A stretch of 64,000 nucleotides of DNA from Octopus sinensis. Lineage: Eukaryota. Positions 39,401 through 49,924 of this stretch are shown here, piece by piece; positions within the stretch are counted from its first letter, which is position 1; each line of letters opens with the position of its first letter. The stretch lies in NCBI RefSeq assembly GCF_006345805.1, contig NC_043022.1, forward strand, positions 20,274,001 through 20,338,000, read 5' to 3'. The translations under genes were made by a program, and so were the position numbers. The notes under the pieces were generated by a model that did no database searches, had not been told where the DNA came from, and saw only the letters and a program-made list of their open reading frames with translations.

Positions 39401-42400
39401 ATGGGGCTAAACATAATGATGGGAACAGATAATGATGGGGCTAAACAGATAATGATAGAGCTAAATAGATAGTGATGGGGCTAAACAGATAGTGATGGGG
39501 TTAAACAGATAGTTATGGGGCTAAACAGATAGTGATGGGAACAGATAATGATGGGGCTAAACAGATAATGATAGAGCTAAACAGATAGTGATGGGGCTAA
39601 ACAGATAATGATGGGGCTAAACAAATAGTTATGGGGCTAAACAGATAGAGATGGAGCTAAACAGATAGTGATGGAGCTAAACAGATAGTTATGGGGCTAA
39701 ACAGATAATGATGGGGCTAAACAAATAGTTATGGGGCTAAACAGACAATGATAGAGCTAAACAGATAGTGATGGGGCTAAACAGATAATGATAGGGCAAA
39801 ACAGATAGTGATGGAGCTAAATAGATAGTGTTGGGACTAAACAGATAGTTATGGGGACTGAACAAGATAAATAGGGGCTGAATAGAAAGTGATGGGTTGA
39901 ACAAATAAATAAGAATGGGAGATGAACAGATTGTGAAGGGAGTGAATGGTGAGGGTTATTGCTGACTGAACAGATAAATAGGGATGGGACTGAACAATGA
40001 TGAGAGTAAAGTGACAGAAAGCAATGAAACACAGTATACTCTACCAAATATCTATCTTGAACTTTTGGTCAACACAGTTGAAGTAATTTTTTTTTTTTGA
40101 GGTGCCATGCAAAGGGATCGAACTTGGGACTCATGTGGTTACAAAATGTACTTTTAATGACACGATAGCCTTCTCTGTTTATATGTATTGTTATCAGTTT
40201 TATTTCTTTCAGATTCGTTCACAACTTGGCTTAAGCGAAGAAGATGAGCGTTCAGGTGTGGTTGTAGCCTGTTATCTAGCACAACGAGGTGCAGATCTTT
40301 ACCATAAAAACCACCGAAAGGTTACACCACTCGACATCATAGGCGATTCGATATTAGAAGAGAGGGTGAAGAGGTTTGCTGCAATTTCGTAAGTATGGAA
40401 GGACAGCGATAACATAAATTTGCCTTGTTTTCATTTGTTTGGGAGAATTTTGTATCTAACTGCATTTATATTCCCTGTTATTGTTAATTTTAGTTGTTTA
40501 CAAGCCACATAAACATGGTATCCATTTATACTCACATACTGGCTGTATGAAAACAAACAGAAACACACACACACACAGACATACACACACATGCTTCTTT
40601 TACTTGTGTCAATCATTTGACTGCAGTCATGCCAGAGCACTGCCTTGAAGGATTTTAGTTGAACAAATCAACCCCAGGATTTATTTTTTTTAAGCCTAGT
40701 ACTTATTTTATTGCTACTTTTACCAAACTGCTAAGTTATGGGGACATAAACATACCAATACTGGTTGTCAAGCAGTGATAGGAGCATAAACACAGACACA
40801 AAAAACACACACACACACACATATATAGAAAGAGTTTCTTTCAGTTTCCATCTACCAAATCCACTCATAAGGCTTTGATCGGCCTGAGGCTATAGTAGAC
40901 ATTTGCCCCAGGTGCCATGCAGTGGAACTGAACCTGGTACCATGTGGTTGGGAAGCAAGCTTCTTACCACACAGCCATGCCTGTGCCTATATTATATATA
41001 TACAGATTTTGCAGTACTGGTGCCATGTAACAAGCACCCCATCCACTCTGTAAAGTGGCTGGCATTAGCAAGAGCATCGAATCATAAAAACCATGCCAAA
41101 ACAGGTGCTCATGCTGCATGAAATGCACCCAGTACACTCTGTAAATTGGTTGACATGAGGAATGGAATCCAGTCGTAAAAACCATGCAAAAACACACCTC
41201 GCCAGTGTTGGTGCCATGTGAAAGCACCCAGTCCACTCTATAAAGTGGTTGGCATTAAGAAGGGCATCCAGCTATACAAACCATGCCAAAACAGACAATA
41301 GAGCTTGGTGCAATTGTCTGACTGGCCACCTCCTGTCAAGCCAGCATAGAAAACAGACATTGCAGCAGTGCTGGACAGGACATGTTTGAAGGATGGAGGG
41401 TAGGCTCCTAAAGGCAGTTTTCTATACTGAACTACATCATTATTTTGCTAAGTATTTCACTTCCAGTCACAATAATATATTAGATTTTAAAATTTCCCTC
41501 TTCTAAGCGTTTTATATTTCTCTTTTTCTCTCTACCATGTAATTTCCATCTTCATGTCTTTAACATTTCTCTCTTTCTCTTCACCTCTCACTTCCACTAA
41601 CTCTCTCTCTTAATGTAACTGCCTGCCCTTCCCATCTCTCTTCATCTATCTTTCTTTAACCTCACCACCAGAACATTACCCTCTGCTGAATATTGCATCC
41701 TAAACATATCTCTTTTCCTTTACTTTTCTCCCCCACCCTACAGCACATTATTAACACTTCTCTCTCCTTCTTTTCTCTCACTGTCTTTTTCTCTTGCTCT
41801 TCCCCTCATGCTTCAGCTAATAGATTATTATACAGGGTAGCCCAGAAGTAGGTTTACAGTTATTCAACTATCTCTTTCGCATTCATATATTAACAGTTTA
41901 GATCTTAATTATAAAAAAAAAATACGAAACCATTATTCGATGCTAATTGTAAGATAGAAATTTAAATGTAATAAAGTGTTATAAAGAAATCTAAAGTGCC
42001 AACATGATAACTGTAAACCTGCTTTTGGGCCACCCTGGATAGATTCTTTCTCTCTGTGTTTGTGAGTGTGTATATGCAGTTTCTTCTCTCTTTCATTACT
42101 CATCTTTCCTTTCTCTCTTCCATAGAATGGGACAACAAGTGCCAGACCATATCGATGATCCAAGAAGTCATATCAGAGATTGTTTGCTGTGTTCTGATAA
42201 ACAGGCAACTGTGAAGTTCCAGCCCTGTGGTCATGTGGTGACCTGCGAAGACTGTAGCCTAAAAATTATGATTAAAAAATGTATCCAGTGTAAAGTGCCT
42301 GTAACTAGCAAAATTGGAATTGGTAAGGACAGGCTTTATGTCTTGCTCTCAACTGGTGTCTGTCCGTGTGTCTGTCTATTCTCTGTACAGTAATCTGGCA

Positions 42401-42476
42401 GAGAGAGAGAGAGAGGCACAATATATTCGTATATATATGTCTATCCTTCTCTGTCAAACAAAAACAATATTAATCT

Positions 42477-42520
<44 letters not shown>

Positions 42521-43071
42521 ACTTTCTATTTCTTTCTTTTTATCTCTCTCTCTCTCTCTTCTATCTCTCAGTATATCAATCTATTGTTTCTCTCTCTCTC
42601 TAGCTTTCTATTTCTTTCTTTCTCTCTCTCTCTAACTTTCTATTTCTTTCTTTCTCTCTCTCTCTCTAACTTTCTATTTCTTTCTTTATCTCTCTCTCTC
42701 TCTCTCTCTCTCTAAGTATATCAATCTATTGTTTCTCTCTCTCTCTCTCTCTCTAACTTTCTATTTCTTTCTTTTTATCTCTCTCTCTCTCTCTTTCTAT
42801 CTCTCAGTATATCAATCTATTGTTTCTCTCTCTCTCTAGCTTTCTATTTCTTTCTTTCTCTCTCTCTCTAACTTTCTATTTCTTTCTTCCTCTCTCTCTC
42901 TCTAGCTTTCTATTTCTTTCTTTCTCTCTCTCTCTAACTTTCTATTTCTTTCTTTCTCTCTCTCTCTCTAACTTTCTATTTCTTTCTTTCTCTATCTCTC
43001 TCTCTCTCTCTCTCTAAGTATATCAATCTATTGTTTCTCTCTCTCTCTAACTTTCTATTTCTTTCTTTCTT

Positions 43072-43121
<50 letters not shown>

Positions 43122-43215
43122 AGTATATCAATCTATTGTTTCTCTCTCTCTCACTTTCTATTTCTTTCTTTCTCTCCCTCTCTCTCTCTCTCTCTAACTC
43201 TCAGTATATTATTCT

Positions 43216-43259
<44 letters not shown>

Positions 43260-44719
43260 AGTACTTCAATCTATTGTATGTCTGTCCATCTCTGTCAGTA
43301 TATCAGTCTATTCTCTCTCTCTCTGCTTTTGTACATCCAAAGTCAATGAAATGAACCACCATGACCCACTAAGGGATTCTCTCAGTTGTATTCCTTTACT
43401 TGTTTCAGTCATTTGATAGCGTCCATGCTGGAGCACCACCCTGAAGGGTTTTAGTTGAATAAATCAACCCCAGGACTTATTTCTTAAGCCTAAGTATTGT
43501 GTGGTAAGAAGCAGACTTCTTACCACACAGCCACGCCTTCATTCTTTTAGGTTCTGAGTTCAGATCCTATCAGTGTCAACCTCGGGCGCTGATGATGCCT
43601 CTATTCAATGCTTGACCTACTGGAAGTAGCAGCCAAACCATCCTGCAATTTCCCTCCTTCTAATGTATTTAAAATGAAAGAAAAAGATCTCAAACACACT
43701 GGACAATGCGTGTATGTGTGTGTGTGTGTGTGTATGTGTGTGTGCGCGCGCGGTGGGGTGTAGAGAGAGAGAGAGAGATGCTTCTGTTGGGAGATGAAAC
43801 TGTGAAAACGAGTTTGTTGTTTTTTAAAAAACATATGCTTATTGAGGAGTTAATAGATCTTTCGAGAGTCTGGGATTCATAGAAAAACTCACCTAAATGT
43901 TCATTTCACCTGGTTATTAAAATCTATTTTGGCAATTTAAATTAATCTTCATTTGTGAGAGAAAAGTCGGGGCATCACGAATTTGCAAGTCGTTTTTATC
44001 AGGGAAAGATAACTCTTTGTTTAAGAAGAAAGTTAGTGAGTCACGATAAGGTTACCTCCCTTGTTTTATTGTTTTCTTTTTACCCTGGCTAATCTTTTAC
44101 TGAACAATAGTGTATTCCTTGCATGCCTGATAAAATCTAGGTCTCTAGGGGCACGTAAAAAGCACCATCCGATCGTGGCCGTTTGCCAGCCTCATCTGAC
44201 ACCTGTGCCGGTGGCACGTAAAAAACACCCACTACACTCACGGAGTGGTTGGCGTTAGGAAGGGCATCCAGCTGTAGAAACACTGCCAGATCAGACTGGA
44301 GCCTGGTGCAGCCTTCTGGCTTCGCAGACCCCAGTTAAACCGTCCAACCCATGCTAGCATGGAAAGCGGACGTTAAACGATGATGGTGATGATGATGATG
44401 AACGGCTTTATCAAGCAGCAATCTAGATCTGTATGTATGTATGTGTGTAAATAAATGTGTGTACATATGTTTATGATTTTTCTCTATTATTCCAGATGGC
44501 TCCCAGTTCAATATTCTCCATTCATCACCAAGTTCACTGGATTCAAAACACCAACAGATTCAAGAACTGGAAGAACAGATCACATGTTCAATCTGCATGG
44601 AGCGGCGTCGCAACATGGCATTCGTGTGTGGGCACACCACTTGCAAAGAGTGCGGTGAAGTGTTGAAGCAGTGTCACATGTGCCGCAAACCAATTCAGAA
44701 AAAGATCATTCTGTATTGA
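17752..44719 (+). CDS. MIB2: Mind bomb 2 E3 ubiquitin ligase, 5'-partial, join(17752..17923,19184..19290,21440..21634,22131..22270,23647..23757,26722..26826,29136..29304,30161..30294,31220..31368,33843..33999,35292..35446,36101..36227,38095..38304,40213..40388,42126..42322,44496..44719)
   Basis: Manual splicing gives one open frame ending in TGA at 44717-44719. Domain order is ZZ, Mib/HERC2, 2 MIB repeats, ankyrins, 2 RINGs. Two RINGs rather than three favour MIB2 over MIB1. All acceptors are AG; 14 donors are GT and 1 is GC. Confidence 0.95.
18170..18648 (+). mobile_element. SINE family C with internal 63-nt tandem units
   Basis: gcacgtaaaaagcacc recurs at 18281, 18344, 18407 and 18470; (GAT)n tail. 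Confidence 0.85.
18810..19150. repeat. (ACT/ACC)n tract upstream of a MIB2 acceptor
   Basis: Direct reading; no AG between about 18882 and 19181. Confidence 0.9.
19184..19290 (+). CDS. MIB2: MIB2 exon: start of second Mib/HERC2 domain (GC donor)
   Basis: [36 protein letters not shown]; acceptor ttgcag, donor G|gcaagt; phase 2 to 1. Confidence 0.92.
19376..19762 (-). mobile_element. tRNA-derived SINE family D
   Basis: Minus-strand head ggaggcgcaatggcccagtggttagggcagcggactcg...ggtttcgattccc followed by a non-tRNA body. Confidence 0.8.
19912..20460 (+). mobile_element. Cluster of SINE family B copies and partial tandem duplications
   Basis: ggcgagctggcagaa...ctgagttcaaattcc..gaggtcaactttgcctttcatc...ggggtcgat repeated three times. 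Confidence 0.8.
20480..20750 (-). mobile_element. L2/Crack/CR1-like LINE 3' fragment
   Basis: Minus frame [21 protein letters not shown] resembles the C-terminal YYHGRCSDEL motif of such LINEs. Confidence 0.5.
20998..21260 (-). mobile_element. RTE-like LINE 3' fragment
   Basis: Minus frames [12 protein letters not shown] / [10 protein letters not shown] resemble the RTE ORF C-terminus. Confidence 0.5.
21440..21634 (+). CDS. MIB2: MIB2 exon: Mib/HERC2 domain
   Basis: [66 protein letters not shown]; acceptor ttttcag, donor gttagt. Confidence 0.95.
21794..22015. mobile_element. hAT-type MITE
   Basis: TIRs cattggttctcaacc / ggttgagaaacattg; flanks tactatac / aactatat (6 of 8 match, consistent with an 8-bp TSD). 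Confidence 0.7.
22131..22270 (+). CDS. MIB2: MIB2 exon: MIB repeat 1 (first part)
   Basis: [47 protein letters not shown]; acceptor tatttcag, donor gtaagt; absent from the ORF track. Confidence 0.95.
22330..22885 (+). mobile_element. SINE family C with an expanded 26-nt minisatellite (gcaggtgccacatgaaaagcacccat)n
   Basis: Direct reading; explains the 26-aa periodic Cys/His ORFs on the minus strand. Confidence 0.85.
23647..23757 (+). CDS. MIB2: MIB2 exon: MIB repeat 1 (second part)
   Basis: [37 protein letters not shown]; acceptor tgttcag, donor gtcagt. Confidence 0.95.
23875..24500. repeat. Degenerate minisatellite, about 15-nt unit (tttgacaggcaag..)
   Basis: Many imperfect gacaggcaag/gacaagttt units. 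Confidence 0.75.
24700..25341 (+). mobile_element. RTE-clade LINE 3' fragment between 141-bp direct repeats
   Basis: [39 protein letters not shown] matches the RTE RT thumb/C-terminus, with frameshifts. Confidence 0.85.
26722..26826 (+). CDS. MIB2: MIB2 exon: MIB repeat 2 (first part)
   Basis: [35 protein letters not shown]; acceptor ctttcag, donor gtgggt. Confidence 0.93.
27064..27156 (+). ncRNA. Type I hammerhead ribozyme, intact core, sense in a MIB2 intron
   Basis: CTGATGA 27074-27080; stem II GAAGATTGCAT/ATGTGGTCTTC (11 bp incl. wobbles); GAAAC 27134-27138; ATAT loop; GTC site 27143-27145; stem I cctttctttc/gagag(t)aaagg. Confidence 0.75.
28677..28715 (-). ncRNA. Minimal hammerhead-like motif (antisense to MIB2) in a Penelope-type repeat (about 28590-28760)
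   Basis: cttt-CTGAAGA-agagtgcaggttc-GAAAC-GTA-aaag; core intact, stem II weakened. Confidence 0.55.
29136..29304 (+). CDS. MIB2: MIB2 exon: MIB repeat 2 (second part) and linker
   Basis: [56 protein letters not shown]; acceptor tatacag, donor gtaagt. Confidence 0.94.
29700..30061 (-). mobile_element. SINE family A
   Basis: Reverse match with an internal deletion. Confidence 0.85.
30161..30294 (+). CDS. MIB2: MIB2 exon: linker and start of ankyrin region
   Basis: [45 protein letters not shown]; acceptor cttgtag, donor gtaagc. Confidence 0.92.
30363..30760 (-). mobile_element. SINE family A
   Basis: Reverse match. Confidence 0.88.
31220..31368 (+). CDS. MIB2: MIB2 exon: ankyrin repeats
   Basis: [50 protein letters not shown]; acceptor ctccag, donor gtatgt. 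Confidence 0.95.
31627..32163. mobile_element. piggyBac-type MITE interrupted by a tRNA-derived SINE (about 31655-31960, minus)
   Basis: ttaa-ccctctagcgtttaaa left end and ...aatgctgaaggg right end; body matches 50792-51001. Confidence 0.6.
32270..32580 (+). mobile_element. SINE family C
   Basis: Same motifs and (GAT)n tail. Confidence 0.8.
32610..32911 (+). mobile_element. tRNA-derived SINE (related to family D)
   Basis: Head gtggaggcacatggcttggtggttagagcagcggact...gggttcgaatc. Confidence 0.75.
32990..33290 (+). mobile_element. mariner (DD34D-type) transposase 3' fragment
   Basis: [42 protein letters not shown]...YYVEK* followed by the TIR-like ttatgaacttttcagcc. Confidence 0.7.
33455..33790. 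repeat. (ACC/ATC)n trinucleotide tract
   Basis: Direct reading. Confidence 0.9.
33843..33999 (+). CDS. MIB2: MIB2 exon: ankyrin repeats
   Basis: [52 protein letters not shown]; acceptor tttccag, donor gtatgt. Confidence 0.95.
34187..34387. mobile_element. hAT-type MITE with a perfect 8-bp TSD, nested in a piggyBac-type MITE
   Basis: TIRs cagtggttttcaacc / gtttgaaaagcactg; TSD CCTTATAC at 34179-34186 and 34388-34395. Confidence 0.9.
34594..34871. mobile_element. Probable solo LTR (278 bp) inserted in a SINE B copy (about 34500-35040, minus)
   Basis: TGTGG...CCACA termini; 5-bp TSD TGCAT at 34589-34593 and 34872-34876; the SINE reads contiguously when the insert is removed. Confidence 0.75.
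35292..35446 (+). CDS. MIB2: MIB2 exon: ankyrin repeats
   Basis: [51 protein letters not shown]; acceptor ccatag, donor gtaagt. Confidence 0.95.
36101..36227 (+). CDS. MIB2: MIB2 exon: ankyrin repeats
   Basis: [43 protein letters not shown]; acceptor cttccag, donor gtaggt. Confidence 0.95.
36285..36692 (-). mobile_element. SINE family A
   Basis: Reverse match. Confidence 0.88.
38095..38304 (+). CDS. MIB2: MIB2 exon: ankyrin repeats
   Basis: [70 protein letters not shown]; branch-like CTAAC at 38069, acceptor ttctag, donor gtaagt. Confidence 0.95.
38743..38952. mobile_element. piggyBac-type MITE
   Basis: TTAA-CCCTTTCGTTAC...GTAACGAAAGGG-TTAA; perfect 12-bp TIR. Confidence 0.9.
39240..39860. 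repeat. 20-nt minisatellite (aacagatagtgatggggcta)n with higher-order structure
   Basis: About 30 units; a shortened variant recurs at 39421 and 39537 (116-nt period); degenerate flanks span about 38450-40000. Confidence 0.9.
40213..40388 (+). CDS. MIB2: MIB2 exon: last ankyrin-like repeat
   Basis: [59 protein letters not shown]; acceptor ctttcag, donor gtaagt. Confidence 0.94.
40596..40987 (-). mobile_element. SINE family A (older, diverged copy)
   Basis: Reverse match. Confidence 0.8.
42126..42322 (+). CDS. MIB2: MIB2 exon: RING finger 1
   Basis: [65 protein letters not shown]; acceptor ccatag, donor gtaagg. Confidence 0.95.
42470..43330. repeat. Polypyrimidine (CT)n array with recurring tctaactttctatttctttc and cagtatatcaatctattgtt blocks
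   Basis: Direct reading. Confidence 0.9.
44145..44400 (+). mobile_element. SINE family C
   Basis: Same motifs and (GAT)n tail. Confidence 0.85.
44496..44719 (+). CDS. MIB2: MIB2 terminal exon: RING finger 2 and stop
   Basis: [74 protein letters not shown]; acceptor ttccag; this frame is absent from the ORF track. Confidence 0.95.
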
Positions 44720-45380
44720 TCTCCATCCTGGCCCATCCCAACCTCACGCAATCAAATCCTTCCCCTTTCGTCCTTCCACAAATCAATCCCTTTTGCTTTC
44801 TCTGGTTTTATCTCTCCCCCTCTGTCTGTCACTCTCTCTCTCTGTCTTTCTCTGTTCTTTTCTTTCTTTTTTCAAACCCCTTCTTCCCACCTTTGACCCC
44901 CTGTCTTCTCTGCTCCCTCCCTATCCCTGTCCACCACCACGCTGCCTCTAATTAAGTGTTTTTTGTTGAGTTTTTTTTTTTTTTTTTTTTTTCTAATTAC
45001 CTGTATGACATGTGGTGGCTGGCCAGCTGGCTGGCTGAGTGCACAGTGAAGCTTGCTGTCAATCTACACCTCACACTACCACCCTCACATCATCCTCTGC
45101 TTTTGTGTTTGAGTGTTTTTTTTTGTTTTCTTTTTTTGAAATCTTATTTTTATCTTACAATTCAGTCACCCTTTCATTGCAGCTTTCAACAGATTTATTT
45201 CATTCCTTTCATCCACACCATTCTATATACATACACACACACACACATTATATATGCATTATACACAAATACACACACATACATACATATATGTATATAC
45301 ACATGTGCACACGCACACACATCTTCATATATACATACATATATAATACACACATATTATATATGTATGCATATATATAT

Positions 45381-45433
<53 letters not shown>

Positions 45434-45595
45434 CCACACACATATACATGTATGCATATTTATGCATGTACATAAAAATATTTTTGTATATATTTATATA
45501 AATGTGTGTATGCGTGTATATATATATATATATATATGCAATATATATGCATATACATAAAAATATTTGTGTATATATTTATATAAATGTGTGTG

Positions 45596-45631
<36 letters not shown>

Positions 45632-46270
45632 GGTAAACAGTAAAAATAATTACAGACATGGACAAGAACATGAAACACCACAGAGACGACACAAGAACCA
45701 CAGGACGGGACATTCGAAGCCCTCAGTCATCAGTCAAGAACCAGATGAAATAACAAATAAGTAAGGAAGGTTACGAGGTCAGAAGGAAGGAGAGACAAAT
45801 AAATAATATATGATGAAGTCAGACAAATAATACATATGATGGAAAAAAAACATCAAAATCTGAAATGAAATGACAACAATTGAAGAATGTGTACAATGAA
45901 AATAGATGCACCAATCATAGGAACAGAAGTGAGAACTTTTCTTTCAGTTTAATGCTTTCTGGAAGAGAAGTAAAAGCACTAAGAGTGTTAAGAGGAAATT
46001 TAAACAGAAAAGAATGTGAATTCACAGTGTCTTTAGTTTGCAGGCCTCAAACTCTCTTTTTCCATCCTGGTTTTTTTATTTGTTCATCTTTGTATATTAT
46101 TTATTTGTTTGTTTGTCTTGTGTTTGCCTTCTGATCTTGCTTGTTTAGGTTTTTTTGTTTTTTTTCGTCCACTTGTAGAGCTTATATATTCTCATATCCT
46201 ATGCAAGACAAATCACTGTTACATCACAGATTGACCATAGCAACTATGCATGCATGCATACATACATGCT

Positions 46271-46301
<31 letters not shown>

Positions 46302-46405
46302 GCATGCACACACATACATATGTATACATATGCATATAAATACAATATTATTAATATTCAGCTGAAGCTACAGAGTGATTCAGGGCTGAAAGTTTTGTGT
46401 TAGTA

Positions 46406-46452
<47 letters not shown>

Positions 46453-46473
46453 GTGTGTATATATATATATATA

Positions 46474-46873
46474 GGCGCAGGAATGGCTGTGTGGTAAGTA
46501 GCTTGCTGACCAACCACATGGTTCCGGGTTCCGTCCCACTGCGTGGCATCTTGGGCAAGTGTCTTCTGCTATAGCCTCGGGCCGACCAAAGCCTTGTGAG
46601 TGGATTTGGTAGACGGAAACTGAAAGAAGCCTGTCGTATATATGTATATATATATGTATGTGTGTGTGTATGTTTGTGTGTCTGTGTTTGTCCCTCTAGC
46701 ATTGCTTGACAACTGATGCTGGTGTGTTTACGTCCCCGTCACTTAGCGGTTCGGCAAAAGAGACCGATAGAATAAGTACTGGGCTTACAAAGAATAAGTC
46801 CTGGGGTCGATTTGCTCGACTAAAGGCGGTGCTCCAGCATGGCCGCAGTCAAATGACTGAAACAAGTAAAAGC
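46474..46873 (+). mobile_element. SINE family A
   Basis: Full-length match. Confidence 0.9.
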
Positions 46874-47430
46874 GTATATATATGTACACACATACACACA
46901 CATATACATATATCCTTCCATACATGTCTTTATCATATTCATTTTTGGTGCTTTATATTCAACACATGGTGTGGCAGTGGTGGGGTATGATGCCCTTCAT
47001 TTATTTATTATTTTTTTTAGTTAATTTGTATATTTTATAGATTAAAAGAAACATTTTTGTTTTGTTTTTTTTTTAACTATTTTCTACATTTGCTACTATC
47101 CCACACATCCACATGCGCACACACTCCCTGTTTGCAATTTTCCCTGAACCCCTGTGCCCCCTAACTGACAGAATGCACCCCCCCACCCAATGGCACCATA
47201 CCTACCACCCCCTTGCTGCACCCTGCTTTCTGAAGTCCATTTCTCCATCACCACCACCATCACCATCACCACTACCTCTGTCTGAGTTCTCTGCTTAATT
47301 AGATTTTTCACTGTATTAATAAACAATCAGAAAATGAGTTCTGTTCATGTACTAATGTGTGTGTGTGTGGGGGGGGGAATATATGTATATATGTGAGTGT
47401 GTGCATTTGTAATATATGTACATGCATATA

Positions 47431-47487
<57 letters not shown>

Positions 47488-48228
47488 GTAAATATGTATA
47501 TGTGTATGAGTATGTGTATGCATCTATATATATATATGTTTGTGTGTGTATTTGTGTGTTTCTACATATATATATTGTAGCCGAACAGTCATAAAGAATG
47601 TTTATAATATATTTTACATAATGTAAACATTATTTAGTATCAAACTCAATACACTGTGCAGAGTGGATATGTATACAATATCAAATACATATTCTGCTTT
47701 CATCTGCCATTACGTTCTGAGTTCAAATCCCGCCGAGGTCAACTTTGCCTTTCATCCTTTCGGGGTCGATAAATAAAGTACCAGTTACACACTGGGGTCG
47801 ATGTAATCGACTTAACCCCTTTGTCTATCCTTGTTTGTCCCCTCTATGTTTAGCCCCTTGTGGGCAATAAAGAAATAAAATACATATTCTGCGTCTGTAA
47901 TTAGCACCTTGTGACTGACTGAAGTGAGATGACCAGGAAACCCCAGGCTTTACATTTGTATCCTTCACTTAGTTGGATACTGTCACAATATCTAGGCGGT
48001 CCCTCATTCCTAGAGGTTTTATTGTACACCTTGGACCAACCAAGGGTATTTTTGCGTCCCCTCACTCAAATGGATTTTCATTACATATGCTCATTTACTC
48101 ATAGTTGGGACTCTGACAGACTAGACCTGGGTATGTCTTTGAAATGCAAACTGCATCTTGGCACTGTGCTTCTGGCTCAGGATTTACTGGGTTTTGAGAA
48201 GTGTGGAACCACCTCTTAGCCACTATAT

Positions 48229-48960
48229 GCAGGTATGTCTGTGTGGTAAGAAGCTTGTTTCCTAACCGCACGATACTTGGTTCATTCCCACCGTGTGGCA
48301 CCTTGGTCAAGTGTCTTCTACTGTAGCCTCATTTGGTAAATGGTGTGTGTATCTGTGTTTGTCCTCTCCACAACTGGTATTGGTGTGTTTACATTCTCAT
48401 AACATAGCAGTTCAACAAAAGATACCGATAGAATAAGTACCAGGTTTACAAAGAATAAGTCCAGGGAGCGCTTTCTTTGACTAAAAACACCTTCAAGGCA
48501 GTGCTCCAGCATGGCCACAGTCAAATGACTGAAACAAGTAAAATAATGTACATATATATATATATATATCTTTTACTTGTTTCAATCATTATACTGTGGC
48601 CATGCTGGTGCACTACATTGAAGAATTTTTTGTCAAATTAATCAACCCCAGCACTTTTGTTGAGCCTGGTATTTATTTTGTCAGTCTCTCTTGCCAAACC
48701 ACTAAGTTATGGAGATGTAAACACATCAATACAGGTTGTCAAGTAGTGGTGAGGGGATAAACACACACAAAAAGATATGCATTGATAGATATATTTATAT
48801 ATGTATATGATGGGGACTTCTTCCAGTTTCCATCTACCAAATCCACTCACAAGGCCTTAGTCAGCCCGAGGCTAGAGTAGAAGACACTTACCTAAGGGTC
48901 CAGTGAAACTGAACCCAGAACTATGTGATTGGGAAGCAAGCTTCTTATCACACAGCTACA
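48229..48960. mobile_element. Tail-to-tail pair of SINE A copies (48229-48543 plus; 48570-48960 minus)
   Basis: gtcaaatgactgaaacaagtaaaa is followed within 30 nt by its reverse ttttacttgtttcaatcat. Confidence 0.8.
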
Positions 48961-48979
48961 CATACAAATAATATATAAG

Positions 48980-49035
<56 letters not shown>

Positions 49036-49108
49036 GTGTGTATATATATATGTATATATGAGTGTGCATCTATGTATGTATATATAATTACATACAGTTT
49101 GTACTACG

Positions 49109-49388
49109 CAGTGATTCCCAAAGTGGGTGGTACTACCTCCCTGGTGGGGTGGAAAGATCCTGGGGCCCTTGAAGAAAAGTGGTGGGACCAAAATGGGGCG
49201 ATGGATGTAAAAAAAAACACAGATAAAATAAAGGGTAATTAGGTTAAGTTTTATTTGTGAAATATTGTTGTTGTTTTGAACTTGCTGCAGAAAAGGGTCT
49301 ATGTCTGTGATGGGAGGGGAGGGGGTCACTTGGAATGTAGCCTCAGTACCAAGAGGGGTGGCATCCTCAAAAAGTTTGGGAACCACTG
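49109..49388. mobile_element. hAT-type MITE
   Basis: TIRs cagtgattcccaaagt / agtttgggaaccactg; no clean TSD. Confidence 0.7.
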
Positions 49389-49924
49389 TACTCCAGGATA
49401 TGTCTTTCATCATTATTCATCTGCTCAAACTCATATCGCCACTTCTTAGCACCTTTCAACAGTATCACCACCCACAACTCCGTTCAGGGGTCTGCTGATC
49501 AGTCAGGGCTATTGCTATTGAGTAAATGTCTGGGTTATTTCGGCAGGTATGAGATGCTTTGGCACAGCTGTTTTTTGCTGACACCTGTCAGGTGTTGCTG
49601 ATTCAATGCTGTCTTATTATTTGACTTCAGACACATTTTAATGCTGAAATGTTTCATTGTATTGTTTCTTTCATTCTCTTCCTTCAGTCTCTCTATCTTT
49701 CCCCCTCTCTTTCTCTCTCTCTCTCTTTGTTTATGTGTGTGAGTGTATTTCTCTTTGTGTGTCTGAGGAGATGGAAAATGTTTATATATGCAAGAGTTGG
49801 GCAAAAGTAGGTTTATAGTTGCTTAATAGGAGTGGGATGTTCATTTCATAATTCTCCTAAAAGTGGAAATAGAGAAATGAAAAGGACCTTCCACTCATTA
49901 AGCAACTGTATACCTACTTTTACA

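Noticed and set aside
17752-44719. Assignment to MIB1
   Set aside because: Only two RING fingers precede the stop, and motifs such as [20 protein letters not shown] and GGWNPRMAE fit MIB2.
45661-45750. Hammerhead-like CTGATGA...GAAT motif (also about 9760-9800 and 8085-8130)
   Set aside because: GAAA is altered or stems I-III cannot be paired convincingly; at most these are relics of related repeats.
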